Shown here one piece after another: positions 37,487 to 47,021 of a stretch of DNA of 64,000 nucleotides. The notes below the pieces were generated by a model that did no database searches, had not been told where the DNA came from, and saw only the letters and a list, made by a program, of their open reading frames with translations. Source of the DNA: an uncultured delta proteobacterium (GTDB taxonomy: Bacteria; Desulfobacterota; Syntrophorhabdia; Syntrophorhabdales; WCHB1-27); assembly GCA_963810935.1 (NCBI GenBank), contig CAWEPK010000017.1, positions 128,001-192,000 of the forward strand, in the 5' to 3' direction. The position numbers and the translations under genes were made by a program. Positions within the stretch are counted from its first letter, which is position 1; each line of letters begins with the position of its first letter.

Positions 37487-38809
37487 ATGAGCTATCTCAA
37501 TCACGTCGTGAAGACCAAAGGGTTCATCCATTCAGTCGAGCGGTCCGCGCAGATCCTGAGGCGGTTTTACATGGGAAGGCGGAAATTCCTTCAAATGATC
37601 GCCTACCTCCAGAGGGATTTCGACGACGACGCAAAAATCACCTTCTGCGTAACCGCCTCCCTCCTGTCGGAGAACGCGGCCCTCTTCAGGAAGCTGCGAC
37701 AGATGGGTCACGACGTGGCCGCGCACGGATACATCCACACGAATATGAAGAACAAGAGCAGGAGAGAACAGATCGATATCATCCGCAAGTGCTCGCACGT
37801 CTTCGCCCGGTTCCAGATGCCGGTGAGCGGTTTTCGATGCCCCTACCTCAGCTACAATAACGATACACTGGACGTTTTGCAGCGCGGGGGTTTCGCCTGG
37901 ACGAGCAACAACATGATCCTCTGGCCCAACGGCCTAAGCGGCGGGAACGGCCGCGAGAGCAAGACCTTAAAAAAGATCAACAACCTCTACCACATAGATT
38001 TTGCCGACAGCCGCCCGGCGCTGCCGAGGTTCCGTGACGGGTGCCTGGACATCCCGATCACGGGGCCCGACGACGAGATGCTCGTCGAGCGCTTCAAGGT
38101 CAAACAGAAGTCGAAGATCGCGGAAACGTGGATGAACGTGCTTCGCAAGACGCACGAAAGCGGGGAGATGTTCCACCTCCTTTTCCACCCTGAGCGCTTC
38201 CCCCACATAAGGGAGAGCATGAAGGAGATAGTGGCCGGGCTTAAACAGTTCGACCAGCCTGTCTGGGTAGCCTCTTTGATGGAGATAACACAGTGGTGGA
38301 GGCAGCGGCAGACGCTCACCTTCGAGCACGAGAAGACAAGCGACGGGGGTTTGAGGACATGGGTAAAGGTGCCGGAGAAGGCCATGATGCTCGTGAAGCG
38401 GCAGGGCGACTCCGCCCCGCCCGGCAAGGCGGCCTTCTTCGGTAGCTACGCGGCTGCCGGTCCGCTCGTCAGGCGCAACGGCAGCCAGGCGTTTATCGAA
38501 GCCGGGCCGCGCAAGGCCACCATCGGCCTGTCCGTGCGGTGCCCCGCTGATATGGAGACCTTCCTCAAAGAAGAGGGGTTCCTCGTCGAGCGCTCGGCGC
38601 AACCGGACGAGCACGCCGTCTTCCTCGACGGCCCCCGCACGTTTTCGCGAAAAGACGAAGCCGCGACGTTGGCGCAGGTGGAAGACTCCCCTTTCCAGCT
38701 CCTCCGTCTGTGGCGATGGCCGGACGGCAAAAGGAGCAGCTTCACCATCTCCGCCGACGTCGATTCGGTCACCCTTATGGACTTCGTCCGCAGGGCGTTG
38801 AAATTCTAG
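37487..38809 (+). CDS. Polysaccharide deacetylase family protein
   Basis: HDVAAHGYIH, GFRCPYL, LLFHPE; C-terminal WRWP...SADVD may supply the acidic motif. Confidence 0.75.
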   Translation: MSYLNHVVKTKGFIHSVERSAQILRRFYMGRRKFLQMIAYLQRDFDDDAKITFCVTASLLSENAALFRKLRQMGHDVAAHGYIHTNMKNKSRREQIDIIRKCSHVFARFQMPVSGFRCPYLSYNNDTLDVLQRGGFAWTSNNMILWPNGLSGGNGRESKTLKKINNLYHIDFADSRPALPRFRDGCLDIPITGPDDEMLVERFKVKQKSKIAETWMNVLRKTHESGEMFHLLFHPERFPHIRESMKEIVAGLKQFDQPVWVASLMEITQWWRQRQTLTFEHEKTSDGGLRTWVKVPEKAMMLVKRQGDSAPPGKAAFFGSYAAAGPLVRRNGSQAFIEAGPRKATIGLSVRCPADMETFLKEEGFLVERSAQPDEHAVFLDGPRTFSRKDEAATLAQVEDSPFQLLRLWRWPDGKRSSFTISADVDSVTLMDFVRRALKF

Positions 38810-38816
38810 GCATTCA

Positions 38817-39872
38817 ATGACAGCCCAAATCACGAGCATAGAGCAGATAGGGACAGAGAACTGGCGCCGCTTCATCGAGGGCCATCCGCTGTCAGGCGTC
38901 TACCATCACGAGGACTGGCACCGCGTCATTGAAAAAACATACGGGTACGAAACCCGTTACTGCGTCATCCAGGGCGAGAGGGGGATCGAGGCGGCGCTGC
39001 CCTTCGTCCGTGTCAACGGCCCCTTGAGGAAGCGCATTGTCTCCTACCCTTATTCAGACGCCTGCGACCCCCTGGTGAGGGACAGCCGCGAGCTGACGGC
39101 GATCATGCGGGAGGTCGAGGCATGGAGGAACGCACAGCACATCGCCTCGGCGGAGCTGCGGACCTACAGGCTCATGGATTACCTCACGGACACAACCTTC
39201 TCCGGCGAGACGGCCTATTGCAATTACGTGCTCGACATGTCTGCCGATCCAGGCCGGCTCTTCAAATCGTTCCACAAAGACTGCGTGCAGCGGGCTATAA
39301 GGAAGGCGCAGAAATCGCCGGTCGAGGTCGTATACGGGAGCACGGCCGCCGACCTTGCAGAATTTTACAGGCTCCACACGGATACGAGAAAAAGACTGGG
39401 CGCGCCGGTGCAGCCTTTCCGGTTTTTCAGCAACCTGTGGGAGATACTTTACCCGGCAGGCGTCGCCTCGCTCCTTCTTGCGCGGGAAGGCGGCGCGAAC
39501 ATAGCGGGCGTTGTGCAGCTCAAGTTTAAAGACACGGTCTATTACAAGTTTGCCGCATCCGACAGGCGCCGGCTCACGAATAAGCCAAACCACCTCATTA
39601 TCTGGAGAATGATCGAGGACGCTCAAAAAGAGGGCTATCGCTTCCTCGACTTCGGCCGCACGTTTACTGGAGACACCGGCCTGATGCAATGGAAGGCAAG
39701 GTGGGGTGCCGAGAAGCGCGATTTCCGGTACGTCTACCCTGCGGAAGCGGCGGGGATCAGGCTCAACCAGGAGGGCAACTGGGCAAACAGCATCCTGAGC
39801 GGCATCCTGAAGCGTATGCCGGCATTCATGGTGAGGGCGAGCGGGGAATTGTTTTACAAGTACCTGGCATAG
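38817..39872 (+). CDS. FemAB-like GNAT protein 1
   Basis: VYHHEDW..VIEKTYG, SYPYSD, RAIRKA, PNHLIIW, LDFGRT, WKARWGA. Confidence 0.82.
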   Translation: MTAQITSIEQIGTENWRRFIEGHPLSGVYHHEDWHRVIEKTYGYETRYCVIQGERGIEAALPFVRVNGPLRKRIVSYPYSDACDPLVRDSRELTAIMREVEAWRNAQHIASAELRTYRLMDYLTDTTFSGETAYCNYVLDMSADPGRLFKSFHKDCVQRAIRKAQKSPVEVVYGSTAADLAEFYRLHTDTRKRLGAPVQPFRFFSNLWEILYPAGVASLLLAREGGANIAGVVQLKFKDTVYYKFAASDRRRLTNKPNHLIIWRMIEDAQKEGYRFLDFGRTFTGDTGLMQWKARWGAEKRDFRYVYPAEAAGIRLNQEGNWANSILSGILKRMPAFMVRASGELFYKYLA

Positions 39873-39880
39873 TGATTTGG

Positions 39881-40945
39881 ATGAATAACGGCATAAAGAT
39901 CATAGACCCTGTGACCGACGCCCGGTGGGACGCATACATCGCCCGGGCCGACGGGGGGTCCGTATTCCACCATTCGGCCTGGAAGAGGGTGATCGAAAAG
40001 ACGTACCGCGCGAGACCCCTCTACCTCGCGGCGTGCAACGGCGCCGGCGACATCGGGTGCGGCATGCCTTTCTTTTTGACGAGCGGCATGCTTACAGGCA
40101 AGGCGCTGGTCTCGCTGCCCTTCTCCGACTACTGCGACGTGCTTACCCACGATGCCGGCGAATTCCGCGCCCTCTGGGAGAGCGCCCTCGACTGGGGCAG
40201 GGAGAAAGGTGCGCGCTACGTGGAGATACGCGCCCGCGACCGGGCAGGCATCGACTTTGCGCCTTATGCCCTGGAGAAAAGCAGGACCTACCTGAACCAC
40301 TTTTTGGAGATAAGAAACGACGTCGAGTTCATGGAAAAAAAGGTCATCGAGAAGAGCTACAAGTACGACATCAGGCAGGCAGTCAAAAACGGCGTTACCG
40401 TGAAGGCCGCGGAAAGCGAGCCGGAGATGCGCCGGTATTACGGGCTTTACCTTATGACGCGCAAGCGGCACGGCCTGCCGCCCACCCCTTACGCCTTCTT
40501 CAGGAACGTATGGGAGGTCCTATCTCCGGCGAAGATGGTGCACCTCTTTCTCGCGTACTGGCAGGGGCGGCCCATTGCGGGCATAATCTTCCTGCGCCAC
40601 AACGGCTGCCTCTACGCGCTCTCCGCCTCGTCGGACGGCGCCTTCCTCGACAAGAAGCCGAACCATCTCCTGTGGTGGAGGGGCATCCAGCTCGCCTTCG
40701 AGCTGGGCCTCACGGGTTTCGACTTCGGCAGGACGTCGCCGGACAACAAGGGCCTGCGGTTTTTCAAGACGAGATGGGGGGCCGGAGAGATCGGGATAAA
40801 CCACTACAGGTTCGCGATGGGCGGCGGCAACGGCGGAAGCGGGCGCAGCCGGGCCCTCCTCGAAAAGGCGCTGCCGCGCTTCCTCAAGGTGCTTCCGTCG
40901 GGCGTTTTAAAACTGATCGGGAACATAACGTACAGATACATGTGA
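39881..40945 (+). CDS. FemAB-like GNAT protein 2
   Basis: FHHSAW..VIEKTY, SLPFSDY, PNHLLWW, FDFGRT, FKTRWGA; paralog of 38817-39872. Confidence 0.82.
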   Translation: MNNGIKIIDPVTDARWDAYIARADGGSVFHHSAWKRVIEKTYRARPLYLAACNGAGDIGCGMPFFLTSGMLTGKALVSLPFSDYCDVLTHDAGEFRALWESALDWGREKGARYVEIRARDRAGIDFAPYALEKSRTYLNHFLEIRNDVEFMEKKVIEKSYKYDIRQAVKNGVTVKAAESEPEMRRYYGLYLMTRKRHGLPPTPYAFFRNVWEVLSPAKMVHLFLAYWQGRPIAGIIFLRHNGCLYALSASSDGAFLDKKPNHLLWWRGIQLAFELGLTGFDFGRTSPDNKGLRFFKTRWGAGEIGINHYRFAMGGGNGGSGRSRALLEKALPRFLKVLPSGVLKLIGNITYRYM

Positions 40946-41051
40946 GTGCGTGACTCTGTTGGCGGCCGTCAGCGCGACGGGGACCATCCTTCGCAGGTTC
41001 TTTCGGTCCGCACCGTACAGGCTGTTCTCAAATCTTTCGACAGGTGGTCAT

Positions 41052-42014
41052 ATGGAACAGAGATGGATAAGCCATGCAGTCAAAGAGATAAGGTCCGTTA
41101 GGTCCTTAACCGGTCTCAAGAACCTGAACCGGAAGCTCCTCTTCCTCATGTTCAGGGCCAGGGGCGATTTTATGAGGGGCACGGAGGTCCCGCCGAGCCT
41201 CCAGATAGAGCCCACCAATAACTGCAACCTCAGGTGTATCTGCTGCTCCGGCTACAGCAACGAGCGCAAGCGCGGCTATATGGAGCTGCCGTTGTTCCGC
41301 AGCATCATCGATCAGGCCGCCGGGATCGGCGTGAGCCGCATCCACCTCTACCTCCACGGCGAGCCTTTGCTCCATCCGCGGATCGGAGAGATGCTGCGCC
41401 ATATCAAGTCGAGACGGCTGGCCGTGACGCTCGCCACGAACGCCATGCTCCTCGACGAGGACAAGATAGCGGATGTGATGGGCGCGGGGATGACGAACGC
41501 CGATTATATCCTCCTGTCGGTCCTCGGTTTCTCCAGGCAGACCCACGAGAGCATCCAGCGCGGCGTCGATCATGACCGGGTCGTGGCCAATATAGCGCGG
41601 CTGACAGGGTATAGGGACACCCGCAAGCTGGACGGGCCGATCATCGAGACGGTCTTTTACAGGATGCCGGAGAACCGCGGCGAAGAGGACGCGTATCGCG
41701 CGTACTGGCACAAGAAGGTGGACCACGCCCGCATTGCGCGCGAGTCGATGCAGTACGCCGAGCTGCGCGGAGGCGTTTCGAGCGCCCGCCCCCGCATGCG
41801 CACGTGCCACCACCTGTGGGAGAGGATGAGCATCCACTGGGACGGTAACGTCGCCCTGTGCGTCGGCGACATTGACGGAAAGCACCGGCTCGGCAACCTC
41901 GGGGAAAGCTCCATAAAGGACCTGTGGAACGGAAAGGAGATTTCGACGATAAGGGCGCTCCACAGGAAATCGGAATTCGCGGCAATACCCCTCTGCCGGA
42001 CCTGCGACTGGTAA
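41052..42014 (+). CDS. Radical SAM/SPASM-twitch protein 1
   Basis: EPTNNCNLRCICC, HGEPLL, TNA; C-terminal CHHLWERM...GNVALC...LGNL...W...CRTC. Confidence 0.9.
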   Translation: MEQRWISHAVKEIRSVRSLTGLKNLNRKLLFLMFRARGDFMRGTEVPPSLQIEPTNNCNLRCICCSGYSNERKRGYMELPLFRSIIDQAAGIGVSRIHLYLHGEPLLHPRIGEMLRHIKSRRLAVTLATNAMLLDEDKIADVMGAGMTNADYILLSVLGFSRQTHESIQRGVDHDRVVANIARLTGYRDTRKLDGPIIETVFYRMPENRGEEDAYRAYWHKKVDHARIARESMQYAELRGGVSSARPRMRTCHHLWERMSIHWDGNVALCVGDIDGKHRLGNLGESSIKDLWNGKEISTIRALHRKSEFAAIPLCRTCDW

Positions 42015-42043
42015 AGAAGCTTCGATTCGCCAAGGAGGTGATC

Positions 42044-42976
42044 GTGCTCCGATCGCTTCACGACATCAAGGGCCTGCAACGCAGGATGGGCCTTTTCGTG
42101 GTAAGGATGCGCGGACTTGCCACGCGCGCAAGGGTCCCGCGCTTCCTCCAGGTCGAGCCGACTAACGACTGCAATATCGGGTGCAGAAGGTGCCCCAATA
42201 AGAACCGTGAAAGGGAGAGGGGCTATATGAGCTTCCCGTTCTTCTGCCGCATCGTGGACGAGGCGGCGGACATCGGTGTGAGGCGCATATTCCTGTACCT
42301 GCGCGGAGAGCCGCTGCTCCACCACCGTATCGGCGACATGGTCCGCCATCTCAAATCGAGGGACCTGGCGGTCACCCTCGCAACCAACGGCATATTGATG
42401 GACAGGACGAAGGTCACGGAATTCATGGACGCGGGCATGACCGACGACGACTACGTGCATCTGCCGGCGGCCGGGCAGCCGGCGCGCATCCGCGTGCAGA
42501 CTGCGAAGCTGCCTTCGCCGGAAACCACCGGGAGCAACATCGCCGACCTCCTGGAATACCGGGCGGCACGCATGCGCTCCGGCGGGGAGGCGGGCACGCG
42601 CGCGGAGATGTGGCGCGGCCGCGCCGAGGCGGATGCGGGCGGCATGATGAACGCGACCCTGCCTTATCCGCTTTCCCCGGATGACGATTGTCCCACCCGC
42701 ATATGGCAGACCCGCTGCCAGGGCGCCGCGGGCGATCCCGCGCAGCGGCCCGGAGGCGCCGGCCGGTGCAGGCAGCCCTGGGAGAGGATGACGGTCCTCT
42801 GGAACGGGGACGTGGCGCTATGCACCGCGGACGTCGACGGCACGTACGTACTGGGAAGCCTGCGGAGACAATCGATCGCCGACATATGGAACGGGGAACA
42901 GTTCTCCACTATCAGGGGCATGCACAAACGCTCCGAATTCAAGACGCTTCCCATATGCGCAGTCTGCGGCCGGTGA
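42044..42976 (+). CDS. Radical SAM/SPASM-twitch protein 2 (divergent middle; start uncertain, possibly about 42008)
   Basis: EPTNDCNIGCRRC, RGEPLL, TNG; CRQPWERM...GDVALC...CAVC; tandem paralog of protein 1. Confidence 0.75.
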   Translation: MLRSLHDIKGLQRRMGLFVVRMRGLATRARVPRFLQVEPTNDCNIGCRRCPNKNRERERGYMSFPFFCRIVDEAADIGVRRIFLYLRGEPLLHHRIGDMVRHLKSRDLAVTLATNGILMDRTKVTEFMDAGMTDDDYVHLPAAGQPARIRVQTAKLPSPETTGSNIADLLEYRAARMRSGGEAGTRAEMWRGRAEADAGGMMNATLPYPLSPDDDCPTRIWQTRCQGAAGDPAQRPGGAGRCRQPWERMTVLWNGDVALCTADVDGTYVLGSLRRQSIADIWNGEQFSTIRGMHKRSEFKTLPICAVCGR

Positions 42977-42996
42977 AAAAGAGAAAAGAGGGGTAC

Positions 42997-44251
42997 ATGT
43001 CCAGAGGCAAAAGCGTCCTTTCATACTTCGCCGGTTCATTCAAGAGGCTGTTCGCGAGAAATGGGAAGGGCGACCGGAAGACCGTATGCTTCGTCTATTA
43101 CCAGCACTTCAACGCCCTCATTTACAGGGAGGCGAAGGCGCTTCTGGACCAGGGCCTGCAGACCGACATCATCATCCTGCGCAGAACGCGGCGCGAAAAG
43201 ATATTTCAGAGCTATGGCGGCATGAACATCTATGCCATCCAGGCAAGGTCTTCCGCCGAGCGCAGCGCGATATCGTATTTCTGGCGTCTCTTGCTTTTCT
43301 ACATCAAGGCGACGCTGCTGCTCACCTACCTCATGCCGGAGCGGCGCTACAGCGTGGTCCACGTCACCGCCCCGCCCGATGTAATGGTCTTTTCCGCCAT
43401 CATCCCCAAGCTCCTGGGCGCCCGCATCATCCTCGACATCCACGATATAGGGCCGGAGCTTTTCATGAGGAAGCTGAACATAGGCGAGGACCGGTTCCTG
43501 GTGCGCGTCATCAAGCTGCTGGAGAGGCTCTCCGCCGCTTTTGCGGACCACGTGATAACCGTCACCGATTTCTGGAAAGACAAACTGGCCGAAAGATCGG
43601 TAAGACCGTCCAAGCTGACAATGCTCCTGAACGTGCCCGACAACGAGTTATTCAGGCCGGTGGGGCCGCGCCATGCGCGCAGCTCATTCAACCTCTTCTA
43701 CCACGGCTCGATCGAGGAGCATTTCGGCCTCGATACGCTTCTCGCGGCTATGCCCGCCATAAAGGACCATATCCCCCGCGTCCTGCTCCACCTTTATTGC
43801 GGCAAAAAAGGGAGGATCTACGCCGATTGCACGAGCCTGATAAAGAAGCTGAAGCTCGGCTCGTACGTGATGTTCCACGAAGCGGTCCCTTTTTACGAGC
43901 CTGCCCCGCACGCTCAGCAGCGCCGACTTGGGGATAGTCCCCACGAAAGGCTCGGTATTCTCCAACGAGGCGGTGAGCATGAAGGCGCTGGAGTACATCT
44001 CCATGGAGATACCGATTGTCATATCGAAGACAAAGGCCCACGCCTTTTACTACGACAACTCTATGGTCAAGTTCTTCGAGCCCTGCAACTCCGAGGAGCT
44101 GGCGAGGGCCGTGGTGGACCTCTTCGATAACGCGGAAGAAAGGGCCCTTCTCGTCAAGAACGCGTCGGCCTTCATGAAAGAACACGGCTGGAACAAGTCC
44201 AAAGAGGTCTATTCGAAAATAGTGAACGACCTGATCGCGGGCAAGCAATGA
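42997..44251 (+). CDS. Glycosyltransferase family 4 (one extra base near 43900 as sequenced)
   Basis: REAKAL, ILDIHDIGPE, YHGSI..HFGLD; continues in the shifted frame ELPRTLSSADLGIVP..KALEY. Confidence 0.85.
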
Positions 44252-45453
44252 CCTCATTTCTGCTGTCTATCCCTCTCTTCGCCGTTTCCCTGTACGTTGC
44301 CTGCGTGACGGCATACCTCCTCGTCGTTACGTCGGCCGCCTATTTCTTCAAAAAGAAGGTGGACTACACCGGCCGCCCCTTGCGGCTCGCGGTAGTCATC
44401 CCGGCGCATAACGAAGAAACCCACATAGCGTACACGGTCGAGCGGCTCCACGCGTCGAGTTATCCGAGCGGATCGTATGGGATATTCGTTATTGCGGACA
44501 ATTGCGAAGACAAGACCGAAGAGCTTGCCCGCCGCGCGGGGGCGCGCGTCTTTAAGCGCACGGACGCCGCCAGGCGCGGCAAGGGCCAGGCCCTCGACTG
44601 GTTCCTGCGCACCCGGCGTCAGGCTTACTCCGCGGCCGACGCTATCGTTATGATAGACGCGGACACGCAGGCCCATCCCGATTTCCTGAAAGAGATCGCT
44701 GCAAGCCTCAAGCACCCCGGCGTTCACGCGGCCCAGGGCTACTACGGGGTCTCCAACGCCTCGGCCCATTGGAGGAGCGGGCTCGTCTCCGCCGCCTTCC
44801 ACGTGTTCAACCACTTGAGACCTGCGGGCCATAACTGCCTTGGCGGTACGGCAAGCCTGCGCGGCAACGGCATGGGGTTCAGGAAAAGCCTGCTGCGCCA
44901 GGGATGGCCGGCCCATTCCATAGTGGAAGACTACGAGTTCTCCCTGAGGCTGCTCCTCGACGGCATAGTCGTCCACTACAACCCCGACGCAATGGTCTTA
45001 TCCGATATGCCGGTCGATGGGAAGGTCGCCGAAACGCAGCGGATGCGATGGGAAGGCGCGTCCCGCGGGATGAGGGGCACGTTCATACGCCTCATCTTCA
45101 AGCGGTTCATGAGGGAACCCCGCGCCTGCTACATTGACGCCCTCTTCAATTCCTTCGTGCCGCCCCTGGCGCTCCTCGTGATGGGCCAGGTCGGCTGTCT
45201 CGCTGCGGCGCTGGCCTTCCACTCGCGGCTCGCGCTCCCCCTTGCGTGCTGCTTCGCCGTGGACGTCTTTTACGTGCTTTCGGGGTTGGTCCTGAGGAGG
45301 GCCCGCGCAGTCGAATGGCGGAGCCTGCTCTGGGCGCCCTTTTACATCCTTTGGAAGATACCGCTTTATATCAAGATGAGGAAGGTAGACTCGACTGTCT
45401 GGAGACGGACGAAGAGACCGTCCGAGCTTACCGGGGAACAGCGGTCCTTATGA
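44248..45453 (+). CDS. Glycosyltransferase family 2 with TM segments
   Basis: VIPAHNEE, ADNCED, GKGQAL, IDAD, VED, QRMRW. Confidence 0.9.
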   Translation: MTSFLLSIPLFAVSLYVACVTAYLLVVTSAAYFFKKKVDYTGRPLRLAVVIPAHNEETHIAYTVERLHASSYPSGSYGIFVIADNCEDKTEELARRAGARVFKRTDAARRGKGQALDWFLRTRRQAYSAADAIVMIDADTQAHPDFLKEIAASLKHPGVHAAQGYYGVSNASAHWRSGLVSAAFHVFNHLRPAGHNCLGGTASLRGNGMGFRKSLLRQGWPAHSIVEDYEFSLRLLLDGIVVHYNPDAMVLSDMPVDGKVAETQRMRWEGASRGMRGTFIRLIFKRFMREPRACYIDALFNSFVPPLALLVMGQVGCLAAALAFHSRLALPLACCFAVDVFYVLSGLVLRRARAVEWRSLLWAPFYILWKIPLYIKMRKVDSTVWRRTKRPSELTGEQRSL

Positions 45454-45534
45454 GTATTCAACAAAATCGCGCCGCCCGGGCTGCTCGCCCGCGCCTGAGC
45501 CGGCCGACATGTCAACGCATCGGCGGAGGAACGC

Positions 45535-46953
45535 ATGGAAGCCCTGAAGCTCGTTGTCCCGATATATTTATTGATTTTCATTTTGGGCGGTTTCCGCAAT
45601 ATCAAGATGTTCCTCCTTCTCACCGGGATCGTAACGATGCCCTTCAGGACCACGTACACGATTCTCGATGTAGGGCCTTATATCGGCTGGACGAACGGCA
45701 TTAATATATCCCTCTCGGACGTCTCGTTCATCTGCCTCTTTGCGTACCTCGTTTTCAAGGGGGTAAAATTCGAGGGGGTATCGCGGAGGCTCACCGCAGC
45801 CTGCATGCTGTTCCTCGGCTCGGTGCTCCTCTCGACCATAAACTCGACCTGGATACGCCTCTCGTTCTTCGAGGCGATACTGCTCGTCCAGGTGTTCTTC
45901 CTTTATTATATCGTCCTGACCGCGGCCATCGAGACGGAGAAGGAGCTGCGCATGGTGATGGTCATGCTGATGCTCTCTCTGATCCTCCAGGGGGCCCTCG
46001 GGACGGCCCAGTACCTTACGGGCAGGGACCTCGACGTGTTTGTCACGGGGACGCCCGTTACCGAGGAATCGGAGGAAGGGCTGGTCACGCGGGCCTTGGG
46101 GACGATAGGGAAACCTAACGGCCTGGCCATGTACGTAGCCCCCCTCATCCTGCTCGTAACGGCCATGATGATGAAAACAAGGGGCATTTACAGGAAACTG
46201 GGAATGTGTGCCGTGGCCCTCGGCGGATCCGCGCTGCTTTTCAGCTTTTCACGGGGCGGCTGGATGGCCTTTGCCATCGCCTTTCTCATGCTCCTTCTGG
46301 CCCTCTCGAAAGGAAAATACGTCAGGGCCAGGGGGCCGCTGCTGGCGCTGGCGGTCGGGGCGGTAGTGGTCTTCTTCTTTTTCAGCCAGATCGAGGGCCG
46401 CTTCGTCAGCCAGGAGGGCGCAGACGCTGCGCAGGACAGGATCTACCTCATCAAGATCGCATGGAACATGATAAAAGACAGCCCCATCCTGGGCGTCGGG
46501 GCGAACACGTTCATGTCGGTCATCGGCAGGTATACGCGCGGGCCCGACTTGCAGTACGTCTACCTGCATATGGTCCACAACCAGTACCTGCTCGTCTTCG
46601 CAGAGACGGGCCTCGTCGGCATACTCGCCTTCCTCTGGCTGATGCTCACCTGCTTCCGCGAGTCCCTCGACTGCACGCGCAGGAGGTCGAGCGAGCTGGC
46701 CCAGACGGTGGGCTTAAGCGCAGGTGCGGGCTTCATGGCGATGTCGATCCACATGATGGTCGACATGTACGCCTCTCCGCTGTGCCTGAGCCTGCTCTTC
46801 GTCTTTTGCAGCCTCTGCTCGGCAGTCAAGAAGATCAAATCGCCCCTTCCTGTCGAACAGCCCCGGACCGGCGGGCCGGCAATGACGAACCTTGTGAGGC
46901 CTGCTCCGGAAACCGCTTTCGCGGGTGCCGACCCGATCCCGCACCTCTCTTAA
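45535..46953 (+). CDS. O-antigen ligase/polymerase (Wzy_C) family membrane protein
   Basis: Polytopic; RALGTIGKPN, SFSRGGW, PILGVG, VHNQYL..FAETG. Confidence 0.85.
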   Translation: MEALKLVVPIYLLIFILGGFRNIKMFLLLTGIVTMPFRTTYTILDVGPYIGWTNGINISLSDVSFICLFAYLVFKGVKFEGVSRRLTAACMLFLGSVLLSTINSTWIRLSFFEAILLVQVFFLYYIVLTAAIETEKELRMVMVMLMLSLILQGALGTAQYLTGRDLDVFVTGTPVTEESEEGLVTRALGTIGKPNGLAMYVAPLILLVTAMMMKTRGIYRKLGMCAVALGGSALLFSFSRGGWMAFAIAFLMLLLALSKGKYVRARGPLLALAVGAVVVFFFFSQIEGRFVSQEGADAAQDRIYLIKIAWNMIKDSPILGVGANTFMSVIGRYTRGPDLQYVYLHMVHNQYLLVFAETGLVGILAFLWLMLTCFRESLDCTRRRSSELAQTVGLSAGAGFMAMSIHMMVDMYASPLCLSLLFVFCSLCSAVKKIKSPLPVEQPRTGGPAMTNLVRPAPETAFAGADPIPHLS

Positions 46954-47021
46954 GGACCGCCCCGCCGACCCTTCCGCAGCGAAATAATCTTTAATCCATC
47001 CTCCGATAACAGTACGAGATA

